64,000 bases of DNA from Octopus bimaculoides (lineage: Eukaryota): assembly GCF_001194135.2 (NCBI RefSeq), contig NC_068986.1:30875028-30939027 (forward strand), written 5' to 3'. The first letter of the stretch is position 1; the number at the start of each line of letters is the position of its first letter. Of the stretch, positions 40,704 to 53,249 are shown piece by piece. The notes under the pieces are model-generated. The model saw nothing but the letters and a program-made list of their open reading frames with translations, was not told where the DNA came from and did not search any database. The translations under genes were made by a program, and so were the position numbers.

Positions 40704-40730
40704 ACTTCCAGACCTGTCCATTATCTGGAA
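40704..40730 (+). CDS. Lasp: Weak candidate linker microexon (27 nt, phase 1/1): DFQTCPLSG
   Basis: tag|acttcc...a|gtagtg has the same boundaries as the 38484 candidate (tag|acttcc...a|gtagca). The donor is weak. Confidence 0.2.
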
Positions 40731-42374
40731 GTAGTGGAATAGTCTGCCAATCTTTCTGTTCATTGTTTGTTATTCATCAAGATTTTAAGTGAACTATATT
40801 TTGTGACATTTTGAAGGAATTGTTTAATTAATTCACCTTTAAAATGGATAGTATTGAGCTGTTGAATTTTGCTGTGAAGATATTTGACTGTAGTCAGGCC
40901 AAAATCATGTCAAGCCAAATTTCAAGATTTTTTTTTTTTTTTTTTTTGTGCATAAGATGAACATTTAATCAATGTTGAGCACTTGGTAGTAATTGTTAGT
41001 TTTACCCTAAAAGTTGTCCACTGGTAGTTATAGTGTAGTAACCTTGTTAAAAATAATATAATTGTCCTGTGAGCATTCTAATATTTGACACTCAAACCTC
41101 ATGTACTTACTGATACAGCACACCAAATGTATGTTTCTCATTAAATTAGCTCCTGTAAATCACCAATTGCTGTCCCTCACTTTTTTATATTTAGGAAGAA
41201 TTTGTTGATTTTATTAGAATTTCTGTTCCTTTGCCTTCAAGATTCAGCATAATCAACTGAATTATGTACTTCACTGCTTCACAAAGCAAATATGATGTTT
41301 CACAGTTATGTCACTGTTGATTGATTGTGTTAATTTACTCCTGTTGTTTAATTTCAATTTAAAATAGATTTAGATGTTCTTGTATCTATGAAAAATAAAA
41401 TTTTTGTCGACTTGTATGTCAGAAACGCACAAAAAATTAAAGATTCTCTGCTCCCCCTTAAAGTTTTGTATAGTGTTATGTGTGTGTGTGTGTGTGTTTA
41501 TATATATATATATAATCTTAATTTAAACATAAGAGTATTATGTCAAATATATAGAAATATTTTCTGTATATATTTCTACTTCTTTTAAAAAAAACTAATT
41601 ATCTAACAGACAAAAGGAACTTTCATTTCTTTCATAACCTAACTAATTAATCAGTCAGCCTATTTTAATTTATTTTGCTTTTCCTCATTCTATTAACATT
41701 ACCAGTGTGTTTTACTAAATCGTTTACATTCTTTATCAGTTCTCTGATAGGAAGAAATAAATATCTTTGTTATAACTATCTTATTAAAAAAAGATATTAG
41801 AATTGGCAAGATGTATGAACTAGTCTAATTCTTGTTGTCTGTCTGTGCAGCTTTACTATCAAAATGGTATTGCACGATCTCTTGTTCCAATGAATGCATC
41901 TTTATTAATTTTGTTAAAAAAAGATTCATTTGGAACCAACAGAATGTGTCAATTTGAGAAGTTCTCTGAACAGATTTACTTTGAAAACTTAAACTGATGA
42001 CTAATTTGTCAGATTATTTTATGCAGTTATGTGTACATTTGTTAAATTAAATATTTTTTGCTGCTTATAATCAGAAATGGAACCCCTTCAAAAGTTTTCT
42101 ATGTGTATACATTTGTCTCTCATCAGGGATATGAAATTGGAGTGCAGTTATAAACCATAATCTTTGTCGGCAGATTTGGCTAATGTTAAGCCTCAAAGAA
42201 AATAATTTGTGCAATAACTGTTAAAATCCACTTAATCAGTTTAATTCATTAATAATGGCCTTAGCTTTCTGCACACACCTTTTTAATTCTTTTTGTTTTA
42301 AATTGCTTGTTTGAGCTATAATCTGAAAGTGATAGGAAGACAGTTCTCCCTACATGCATTTCTTTCATTCATTC

Positions 42375-42378
42375 TCTC

Positions 42379-42440
<62 letters not shown>
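42375..42440. repeat. (CT)n microsatellite
   Basis: Read directly from the sequence. Confidence 0.95.
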
Positions 42441-42445
<5 letters not shown>

Positions 42446-42766
42446 CACATATACACTAATATGTACCCACTCTCTCACATACTATATTTTCAGAGATTAT
42501 CTGCTGTTAATAAATTTGATGCTAAATGATTTAGTCAATATAGTTGACACTTGCTACATTATTAAAAGCTCAATGTAGTCTGAGGGAGAAACAATCTCTA
42601 ATGAAAATCAAGGAGTTATTCATTACTCACTTTGTAAACAATATTGTAAAAAAAAAAACAAGCGAACATTGAAAGTAAAAACTATATTAATATTAATTAA
42701 CTAGATTTACTACATTAAGGTCTGTATTAATTTTACATTCCTAGTTCTATGCTGGATAAAACTATC

Positions 42767-42903
42767 GTGTGTGTGTGCGTGTGTGTGTGTGCGTGTGCGT
42801 GTGTGCGTGTGTGAGAGAGAGAGAGAGTGAGAGTGAGAGAGAGAGTGAGAGAGAGAGTGAGAGAGAGAGAGTGTGAGAGAGAGAGAGAGAGAGAGTGTGT
42901 GTG
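42767..42903. repeat. Compound (GT/GC)n-(GA/GAGT)n microsatellite
   Basis: Read directly from the sequence. Confidence 0.95.
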
Positions 42904-43574
42904 ATCAAATGTCAATCTTCTATGATTTCAAGGTGGTGAGCTGGCAGTCCTATTAGTACACTGAGCTAAATGCTTAGCAGTATTTCATGAGTCTTTTCGT
43001 TCGTAGTTCAAATTCTGCCATGATAAAATAAGTCCCAATCGAACACTGGGGTTGATGTAATTGACTTATTGCCTCCCTCGAAATTGCTGGCCTTGTGCCA
43101 AAATTTGAAATTGATATTCTATGACTTTGATTGTCATTACCTGAGTAAAACAGTGCTATGATGTTTGCATTGTTTGCTGGCATTATGATCTGTGATTCTG
43201 TGTGTTCAAAAAAAAAAAAGAAAAAAAGTGAAATCCTTACTTGAGAAACAGATGAGTTAGCAACAAGAAGAGAATCTGACTGTAAAATGCTATCAATTTT
43301 CAACTCATTTAATTTATTAAAAGAGTCTATTTGAGTGTCATTTTAGATATAAATTACAAGTAGTGACTTTATATTTAATGTTGGTTGCTAATCCAGCTTA
43401 TGACACTAAAACCATTGTAACTCATAAACTCCCTAGCAATTTAATCATGCTCGGTATCTGTGTTGGATTAGTAATTTAGAGTCAGGAATGTTTATCAATA
43501 AAATAAGTTTGCTGGCATTTTATCCTCACAACAATTATAAAGTTTCTAGAAAGTAGGATTTTATTATTTGTGTT

Positions 43575-44356
43575 TTGTGACAGATACACAAACTGTAGCA
43601 GTAGAAGAGAGCTCAGTTGAATATTTAACTGATCTTGACTTTGCTGATGATCTTGCTTTGATATCCCCTTGTATTAAAGATGCAGAATCTTTGTTACAAG
43701 CACCGGAGAAAGCACCAAACCAGGTTAGCCATTACTGCAATGAGAGTAAGATAGAGTTTATCACGATCTCCTCCAAGTTAACTGAATTTAAATTGCTCAG
43801 TAATATATCCATCAAAAGCGTTGACGACTTAAAATGTCTTGGATCACATAAAGTAGACTCCCAAAAGGACTTTCGCATCCGCAAAGCTCTTGCTTGGGAT
43901 GCATGTAACAGACTTGATAAGATCTGATACTCAAATCTTTCATCCATGTTAAAAGTTAAAATATTTAGAACACTAATTAAGCCAGTCCTTCGTTATGGAT
44001 CAAAGACCTGGACCTTATCAGCTCTCTTAGAAAAACAACTAGATTGAACATATACCAACCTGCTCAGAAAGATACAGAATATCAGTTGGAATAACATCTA
44101 TGGAAATCTGATACCAATATCCCTCGGGCTAAAACAGAAGTGCCTACAATCTGCTGGCCACTGTCATTGAGCAGAGAAAGAGGTTATCTCATCCCTGCTC
44201 CTATGGCATCCCTCTAGAAGTGTTTTCTCCAGGAAACTGACATTTCCAGATGCTATATTTCTGGACTCAGGGCTGGATGTTAGAGATCTGAACACAGCAA
44301 TGCAAGACCATGTAGTGTGGAAAGGGATTGTCAATGGAATTCCAAAGGATGACGAT
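43575..44356 (+). mobile_element. RTE-type LINE 3' fragment (reverse transcriptase C-terminus), decayed
   Basis: YLTDLDFADDLALIS, then KCLGS, RIRKALAW and YGSKTWTL, with in-frame stops. It ends in a gat-type repeat. Confidence 0.85.
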
Positions 44357-45403
44357 GAGAGGAAAGCTATTAAATATTACTGTTTGCTAGATGTTCAGAG
44401 CCATTGTGGCTATCACAGATTGAAAAATCTGAACAGGCCTGAACACATATCTTTTCCTGACTGAGAAAGTAAAACTGTTTTTCTTTTTGTTGTCTGTTCC
44501 AGTCTTTCTCCTTTTCACAAACTACATCTTACTTATGTAGATAACTGATCTACAATTGGGTAGATGATGGATTTAATGTAGATAACTACAGAACTTCTGT
44601 AGCTTACATAGCAGTTAGCTGATCTATTTAGCTCTGGTTGTTTTTTGAAGCATCTGTTTTTGGCAAGTTAGCTTCTGCATAGTTACTACTACCTTTTAGA
44701 AGGAGAATCACCCATTAAAAAGCCGAAATGATATTAGGACAACACATCCATGATAATGACAAGGCAACTTTGGTTTGACCTTTAATTTAACTAATAGTAG
44801 AACTGTTTGCTTAATGTTAACATATTTAATGTTGGAAACATTAAAAAGCTAGCTAGAAATAATTATGTATAGAGTAAACAACAATTTTAGTCAATGGCTC
44901 GTAGTATTTTAATTTTGGCAAGTATGGGAAGTAACTCCATACATGTTTCAGTTTCATAATCTCATCAGTGACAGATTTTAACTATATTTGTTAAAGAATC
45001 ACTAAGTAAACATACAAGATTGTCTACTGGTTAGTGTGGAAAAATAGAATTGTTTAGAGAATATACATAGAAGATTAAAAAGAAGCTGATAACATTACTT
45101 AGTAATAAATTCACAATTGCTAATAATAGATAAACCAAACAGTTTAATTATGGCTTTTATTGTTATATTACATAAAACAGCGTGTGTGTTCATGTGCATG
45201 TGGGTTTGTATATGTGTTTATGTGTAATAGAAAATTCTGAAAGAGTTAAGAAACTTAAAAATTATAGGGTTTTGTTGTTACTAATTGTGAGAATATGGTG
45301 CTTATCTCTTTCAAACAATATAACTGATTATGAAATTCTCACTATTCAGACAGGAACATAATATAAAACATGATTTGAACAAAAATCTTTAGCTTTATTA
45401 TAG

Positions 45404-45417
45404 GTGAGGAAGAAAAG
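45404..45417 (+). CDS. Lasp: Candidate 14-nt frame-switching microexon (phase 1 to 0): GEEEK
   Basis: ctttattatag|gtgaggaagaaaag|gtatga. The donor is strong and the exon is purine-rich. Confidence 0.4.
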
Positions 45418-46257
45418 GTATGATATTATGAAAGGCAATTTCCTTAAATTGTAGTGTGTGTGTGTGTGTGTGTATGCACACACACACACACACACACACA
45501 CAACTGCTCAATACGGCCTTGCATTCATACATTTATTATGCGTGAGATAAATGGGGTTTAGTCCTAAACCACAGTTTTGCTCGGTCAGCCTCTGGTTAAT
45601 TGTACATGTTAGTGTATTGAAAGAAATGACCAAAGGACTGATTGAATGAAACTATAGACTGGGAATGTAATTCCTGTTTGCTTCCCATATAAATAAACAT
45701 GTGTGTGTAAACTAGCAATTACACAAGTTACACAATAATGTCAGAACGATGTTGTTTCATCACCTAGAAACTAACAAACTATTTTATTAATATTTTAGTC
45801 CCGTTACACTTGTATTTATTTTGCGAAGACATTCATCAAAGTAATTCTTGATTGTATGTTGGGCCTTGCTAACAGATTTTATTATGAAATTTTAACCACA
45901 TGACTTTGTCATCCTACATCTCTAGCTTTTGTTGCTCTTTGTTGAACTTTACCACCGTGCATCAAGCAGTAACTTATGCATGACATCATACGCAGCACAC
46001 TGCACAATCAGTAATAATCATCTCATCCTAGGTGTAGGGCAGGAGTGAGGGTAAGGCAGGTGGTCGGTGACACACTTGCTTCAAATTGATCTTGGATCTA
46101 CTTTTATAGTTTCCCTGAAATGCTGCAACACTACTAATTCTAACCGATAAATCTAGGATAACCAATTTAGCATTTTAAAATACAACTAACCTGTTATGAA
46201 GTGATGCTACTTCAGCCAATTATTTCTTTCTTCTTACTTAATTTATAACTTGCTTAG

Positions 46258-46290
46258 GAGGAAGATGGAAGAGTTCAGTATGTAACTCAA
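46258..46290 (+). CDS. Lasp: Candidate 33-nt microexon, open in two frames: EEDGRVQYVTQ (phase 0) or GGRWKSSVCNS (phase 1)
   Basis: Pyrimidine tract with a branch-like cttaat, then acttgcttag| and caa|gtacgt. Confidence 0.55.
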
Positions 46291-47054
46291 GTACGTAATA
46301 TATAGTAATGTCATCAATGAAGTATGATTCTCCTTATTCTTCATTCAAGAACCAACTTTTGATCTATTTGGCAATTATTATTCTGTATATTGCAATATAG
46401 ATGTTTAGGTTAATGTAACCCTTTTTTTATACTAATCTAGTTAGCTTCACAACGTAGTATTAAGTGATATTGCTAAGTGTTTCTAGCAGTTATGACAGTT
46501 ATATTCTGAAAGTGAACATCTGTGTTATTGTTATTGATTAATTTGGACAAGTTACATATAAGAACTTAGACTGGTTTGGTGACAATAGAGGAAATACAGC
46601 TGCTGTTAGCTGGGAAATGACTTTTGTTTTAACAACGATAAATCCACATGAAAATAGAAATAAAGGAAATGTTGTCTGCCAGCTTGGTGTGAAATAGGCC
46701 AAGAAAGACTGTCACTCAGAAGATTTATGCTATCACAATAAACTGAGTGGGATGTGATGCTTTGATGACCACTGTGGCTTAAAAACCCAGACTAATTGAC
46801 AAGGAGCAAAGTCAGAGATAAATTGCTCATTTATCTATGTAGAAGCTATAACTTGTCTGAGAGCAGCGCTACACTTGATATTCCTTCTAATGTCAAGGTT
46901 ATCAATCAAGCTCCATTTCAGGGTCAGGTGTCATTCCCATTGCAATCTGTGAAGAAGAAAAAAAAAAAAAATTTTAATAAAAACAGGAGATAATATGCTG
47001 TAGATGTTGCTAATTTATTTATTGTTGCTAATTTATTTCTTCTCTGCTTTATAG

Positions 47055-47093
47055 TCACAAAGAATTGTCTCACAAGATAAAGTGTCTATATAG
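47055..47093 (+). CDS. Lasp: Candidate alternative terminal exon (phase 0): SQRIVSQDKVSI*
   Basis: Strong acceptor gctaatttatttcttctctgctttatag|. It reads in frame after the phase-0 reading of the 46258 exon. Confidence 0.4.
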   Translation, partial: SQRIVSQDKVSI

Positions 47094-48502
47094 TTTTCTT
47101 GAACAAGTGCAGAGGAAATTGCCTATCTTATGACAGACTCAAAGGAATTTGCCTTTTGTCTGTTGCTGCCAAAACACTTGCCTGCATTATTGTCTCTTCA
47201 AACCTAGAGACTGCAATGTGTTTGCTGCAAGACAACTATTATACACATAACAAGTATTCCTTTAGTGACTTAAAAGCCTTGCAAATTATTTGGCACAGAC
47301 AACTGTAAAATTAAGGTTAAGTTTGGTTACTCAGAAAAATGCATTGCTTTTGTTATAATTAATGTTATAACAGTATGAGTCGCCAAATGTCTTTGCCCTA
47401 AATTTAGTCACTCAGGTTTTTAAAATTCTCGTTACAGTTTGGATGTTTTCTTTGGTATTATAGCAAGTGTACTTGAGAGAAAAAAAGAACAAAACTGCAA
47501 AACCTTAGTGCAAGAACTTGTGTGGATATATTTCTTACTGCTCCTGATAAAACCAGCAACAAAATGAGTGTTGTAAAAATTGAAGTCACATTCCAGCCTG
47601 TTCATAGAAAACAGTCTCAGAAAATCAAAGGACAGAGCTTGGAAACAGTAGAGACTTCTTTTATTTATCTTGCCTGTATTTTCTCAATAGCTTGTGAGTA
47701 TTTTTGTTGAGGTCAGCTACTAGATTTCCAAAAGTAACTTGTAGTCTGTGAGAAGGTGTGGGATTGCTGAGGAATTGGTTATACATCACTGAAATAAAGA
47801 GGATTGTGCTGTTGTTCTTACAACCTATCATCTGTCTGCTGAAAAATGGACTATGCAGAGCAGACATACCAATCAGGACACTCATTTATATATTTCCTGT
47901 CTCTGAAAAAACAAAGTTATGTTGCACAACAAGATGACAGGAACCTTAAGACTAAAGTCATTGTTTTAGAGGTCATCCTACATACTGCTTCATCTTGCTT
48001 GAGATTTTATTAGGCTTATCCTTCACATAAGTCGAGTGGTGTCTGCCAAAACAATTGCTGCACAATGACATGTGCACTGGAAAGAGAATAGGAGAACCAA
48101 TTCAAAGATGCATTAGCATTAATATTGCTTCTAGGAGGGAAGGTGGGGAGGGATTCATGGCATTCTCCTCCTGCCAAAAGAAAATGGAATGCATCTAAAT
48201 TTATCTTAGCTATTTATTTTGATTGTGATATTTCATTACAAAGGGGCATATAATAGCATCACTTAAAGATAATGCACTGATGATTAAACGTTAATTACTT
48301 CTGTTTATTTAATCACTTGCAATTCAGATATGTGTGCATATGAATAGAAAGAGATCTTTAAATTAGCCTAATACAGTAATTGACAGTATCATTAATGCCA
48401 CATTTATTGAAGAATATTTAAAGTATATCTATTTTAACAAAACGAAATGTGTGCATTAAAGATCATATAGCACTAGCACCAAAATTTTTTAATATGGAAT
48501 CG

Positions 48503-48533
<31 letters not shown>

Positions 48534-48570
48534 ATATATATATATATATATATATATAGATATAGATATA

Positions 48571-48729
48571 GGTGCAGGAGTGGCTGTATGGTAAGAAGCT
48601 TGCTTCTCCTCACATGGTTCTGGGTTCAGTCCCACTGTGTGGAATCTTGGGCAAGTGTCTTCTATTATGACTTCAGGCTGACCAAAGCCTTATGAGTGGA
48701 TTTGGCAGATGGAAACTGAAAGAAGCCTG

Positions 48730-48782
<53 letters not shown>

Positions 48783-48983
48783 CCCACCATCACTTGACAA
48801 CCGATGTTGGTGTGTTTACCTACCCGTAACTTAGCAGTCTGGCAAAAGAGACCAGTAGAATAAGTCCTAGGTTTACAAAGAATAAGTCCTGGGGTCGATT
48901 TGTTTGACTAAAGGTGATGCACTATCATGGCTGCAGTCAAATGACTGAAACGAGTAAAAGAATATAAAAAAAGAGTAAAAGAA
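48571..48983 (+). mobile_element. tRNA-derived SINE, near full length, with an internal (GT)n
   Basis: Head ggagtggctgtatggtaagaagcttgcttc...ggttcagtcccactg and tail gcagtcaaatgactgaaacgagtaaaag. It is highly similar to the copy at 55880. Confidence 0.85.
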
Positions 48984-50267
48984 TTTATATAATAGATCAC
49001 TTAAAGCTGGAAATATGACAAACAGAACTTCTGGAGTTGTTGAAGTTCAATTTTTAATCAGAAATGGTCAGTGCAAGAAGTATTTAAGTACTGTACTGGG
49101 TGTGTGCCAATCTTGAATGAACTGGCTCTAGTTTTAAGTCTTGCATCTGCCAATGCCAAAGCAACTTTTTAAAATCTAATTCATATATTCACGGCCTCTG
49201 TAATAGAAAAGCTAAAGGAATCACTGTTCTCAATTTGAAATTCATGTAGGGTATCTGATATTGTGGAGAGAGACGTGAAACATTTCAGAGTTAAGTATGT
49301 TGCCTGTTTCCTCATTGGTTAATATTTTTAGAGTGACTATAAATTACATTTTGCAGCAATCTGCATTGAATCAAGGATTTTTTTAATATGAAAAGAAAGA
49401 AATCAATAAGAAACCCAAATAAAACCAAGGGCACTTATTATTTTATATATATATATCTTAACTTTTTTTTTTAAGGTTTACAATCTTTATGTAACTTTAT
49501 TTCTGGTGAAATCTACTGTCTTTGTTTTAAGAAAAATTTTTTAATGAGGAATTTAGTAAAATAGCTGGTTATCTGAAACATAAACAAACAAGGCATTTTG
49601 ATGGAATAAAAGAAGTTTGCATGATAGAACCAGGTGTGGTCTCAGGCATGTTGGTATCAAAAGGGTTAATGGTCTTAATCTAAACGTGCATGTAATGTAA
49701 GAAGAGACATTTTTCTCAGCCATTTTCTAGTTATTGACTTGTAAAAAATGGTCTTTTAACCTGAGGCTGAAAATAAATTCTCATAAAACTGCAGTTATAA
49801 GTTTCAAGTTAACTTTAACAATGTGTTGCACATTATGATTTATATAACTTTACTTAAAATGTGTTAAACTATTGAAATAGTCTGTTCAAGTATTCTAGGA
49901 TTTTAGCATTAATTTTTCTTAGATATAAAATAATTCAGTTTTTCTGTACCTCAATCATCAAATACCTAATTTAAAAAAAAAAAAATTTTGTTTTAATTTG
50001 TTTGTTGTTTTTACTCCCCTCCCCATGCACTCAATCCTCCTTCACCACAAAACTCACTTGTTTGTTGGTTTATCCTCAGTGTTATATCACAGCAATAAAC
50101 TTTAATATATTGTTTTTGTTGTTTTTGTTCCACACATTTTAAAGAATTTTGATTGTGAATCATTAATGAATGAAAAAACTAAAAACTGCTGCTTTAACAT
50201 CTCTCTACTGAGCAGCTTGAGGTTGGCTTGGCTTGATTTTTGCTTGATTACTGCATTTCTCTTCCAG

Positions 50268-50363
50268 TTGAGAATGGTTCTTCTCGTCGCATTGGATCAA
50301 TTGCTGATTATGACCCTATGAATAACCAATATGGCTCCCTTGTAGCAGACCAGGAGCAGACAG
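50268..50363 (+). CDS. Lasp: Lasp linker exon (96 nt, phase 1/1): (V/I)ENGSSRRIGSIADYDPMNNQYGSLVADQEQT; a possible alternative donor at 50381 adds GRVYDP
   Basis: Acceptor gcatttctcttccag|. RRIGSIADYDP resembles the linker motif of invertebrate Lasp proteins as I recall it, and it echoes RISDYDP in the 33701 exon. Confidence 0.85.
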
Positions 50364-51167
50364 GTAGAGTGTATGATCCAGGTACCAATTGCTGAGCACG
50401 GGAACATTTCCAAGTGCTTTTTTCTCAACATCTTTATATAGATAAACAAGTATTTTGAGCTTCAGCAATCTATTCTGCTTTCTTAGTTTAGAGAGTGAAT
50501 CTTTTCCTTTGTCTTCAAAATACATCAAATCTGAGAATATTTCTGAAGCATTTTAATACCTTTGGAAACAACTTGATTTGAGGATCCATCAAATCTTATT
50601 CTATGAAGACTTGGTTTTTTTTTTAGAGAATCAAACCACTGGCAGCATACTGCATCATGCATCACTAAACAATCTTAGATATGACTACCGTTTCATTTTC
50701 ATTTGTTTTTTTGGCTTAAAACCACTCTTAATTCTGTTTACACCCTTTTTTTTTTTGCTGGCATTTATTGGATTTTAAAAAAATATTTATTAAATTTTTC
50801 TTATTTGGTTTGTTTTTATAAATATTTTTTATGCTTCATGGCTTTCTCCAATTTTCTTTTTGCTCTCCTGGAAACTATAAACATAGGAAGGAAAAAAAAG
50901 TCTTGATTTTTGTCTGAGGAATTTAATATCCAACATATTTCAACATCTTCTCCAACTGTCAGGAGTAAACTCATTAACAATTTTGAGCACAGACAAGTTT
51001 TTTAAACTTGTGTGTCCTGAAGCAAATGTCAAATTAACAAATACTTCACAAATCTTTAACAGCTTGCTTTAATATGCACCACTTCCTTGCTAACAGTTTA
51101 ACCTTGGTACTTTACACATAACTAACGAATTCCTGAATAAATCTTAACAACTCAACCAATTATGTAA

Positions 51168-51203
<36 letters not shown>

Positions 51204-51409
51204 AGACATCTACAAAGTAATTAGACACCATTTTCGAAAGATTTTTTGTTTCCTAGAAACAAAATAATGTTATTTGATGCACTTAAAATACTTAATCTGG
51301 TATTTAGTAGACATGCCCATGTGCAGTTTTTATTAATTTAACTCACTTGGGCTTTAAACAGTAAGATGGGGGGTGTTTATTGACTTTTGAAATGTCTGTG
51401 TATAGCATT

Positions 51410-51980
51410 GTCGTCATCATCATTTAACATCTGCTCTCCATGCTGGCATGGGTTAGACGGTTTGACTGGAGCTGATGAGCCGGAGAGCAGCACCAAGTTC
51501 CAGTCTTATTTGTCATGGTTTCTTCAGCTGGATGCCCTTCCTAACACCAACCACTCCAGGAGTGTAATGGGTGCTTTTACATGCCATTTTTTAAATGACA
51601 CTGGCAACGACCACGACTATGATTCATGAGTGGGTGCTGTTTACATGGCACTGGCAGCAACTCCAACCATTCATGGGTGCCATTTGCATGGTATTGGCCA
51701 TGGTGATTCACAGGTGCCAATATACATGGCACCATTGATGACCATGTCTGTGATGCACAGGTCTCATTTACATGGCACCAGCAGTGAACGACCAGGACTA
51801 CAATGCATAGGTATCATGTGCGTCATTATTATCATTTTTATGGCCACTTTCCATGCCAGCATGGGTTGGAAGTGTCCTTATGATCCAAGTCATTTCTTAC
51901 TAGAAGCTGCAGCTCTCAGAATTGGTGTGGCACCATGTTGTATGGCCTGGTTTCTATAACTGGATATTCCCTTTTTATTG
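51410..51980. repeat. Cluster of interspersed repeat fragments (ccatgctggcatgggtt..gacggtttgac...ggatgcccttcctaac family); others at about 32620-32750, 52410-52510 and 53660-53770
   Basis: The same motif recurs at several sites in the window. Confidence 0.6.
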
Positions 51981-53216
51981 CCATCCCTTTTACAGACTGT
52001 TCTAGATGTTTTCTTTTCCTTGTGGTTTCAACTTTGGAAAAGTTGAATAAAAGGGACCTCAGGGACCCCATGCATTCTCTACTCATTTGCCATCTACTTT
52101 ACAGTGTGTACTGGGTGAATTTTTGTTTTTGTATTGCTAGCATTCGAGAGATTGTCTCACTCACCTGTGAAGGAGCATGATTTATTAGCTTTGTGGCACC
52201 GGTACAGGAAGGATGCCGAGTCCTCAGTGAGCTAAGACATGTTGACCAAGGAGGAGAAATAGAAGGTGGGGTACAGTGTCAGAAGTGGTTGAGAGGAGCA
52301 AATGGCTGACAGTACTTGGTAACATAGGACACGTTCATCTACTCAGGTGACCAAAGCAGGAGCTAAAAGAGAACACACATTTGTACATGTGTGTGTGTGT
52401 TGTATATTTATGTACAATATCCATGCTGGCGTGAGTTGGGTAGTGTGACAGGATGTGAAAGGTTAAAGGCTCATACCTTGCTCCATTACCTCAGTTTCCA
52501 TCTGGATTCTGCTGCTGGATGCTCTTATACTGAGTGCATCATAGAGATTATTTTTCCCCCACTGATCTCTACATGGTTTCTGATTGATTCACCAACCACT
52601 TTACAGAGTATATTGCTTACTCTGGTTACTCCCCACCTCCTGTGGTACGAGCATTAGTAAGGTTGCTTTATAGCTCTCAAGATTAAAGGGCCTCTGTGAC
52701 AAATAGGAAGGGAGAATAGAAGAGAGAGTGAGATGACTATAGGTGAGGTATTGAGAGAAGTGGCATTCCTTTGATGAAAGTAGAAAAAGGGTCAAAATTA
52801 ACATCTGATTAATATCTATTTGTTCAGCAATTTCCATAAAGGTTTTTTTATTTATTTGCTTTTGTTTTCATATCCTGTTGAAGTTAACATTTGCGTTTCA
52901 AGTCTGAAAGTGAGCTGAAAAGTGAAAAACATGCTTGCACTTGAGTGCACACATACACACAAACATACACCCATTGACTTTCATGTCTTTAAGTTGAATA
53001 GTGAAACACACACACAAAGCTGAACATGCTCTCACACACACACACGCTCACACAAGAACACACACATACGTATGTCCATTTTCTTTGATATACACAGATT
53101 TATACATACACAAATCTACACACAGATACAAACAAAAAATATGCATATGTATTTATGCATATATGAAAGATAATGGATGTATGTGTGTGTATTTTTGTGC
53201 AAGTGTTCAGCTTTAT

Positions 53217-53249
<33 letters not shown>

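Noticed and set aside
41851-41866. Possible 16-nt exon (ctgtgcag|ctttactatcaaaatg|gtattg)
   Set aside because: It does not preserve the frame and has no partner that restores it sensibly.
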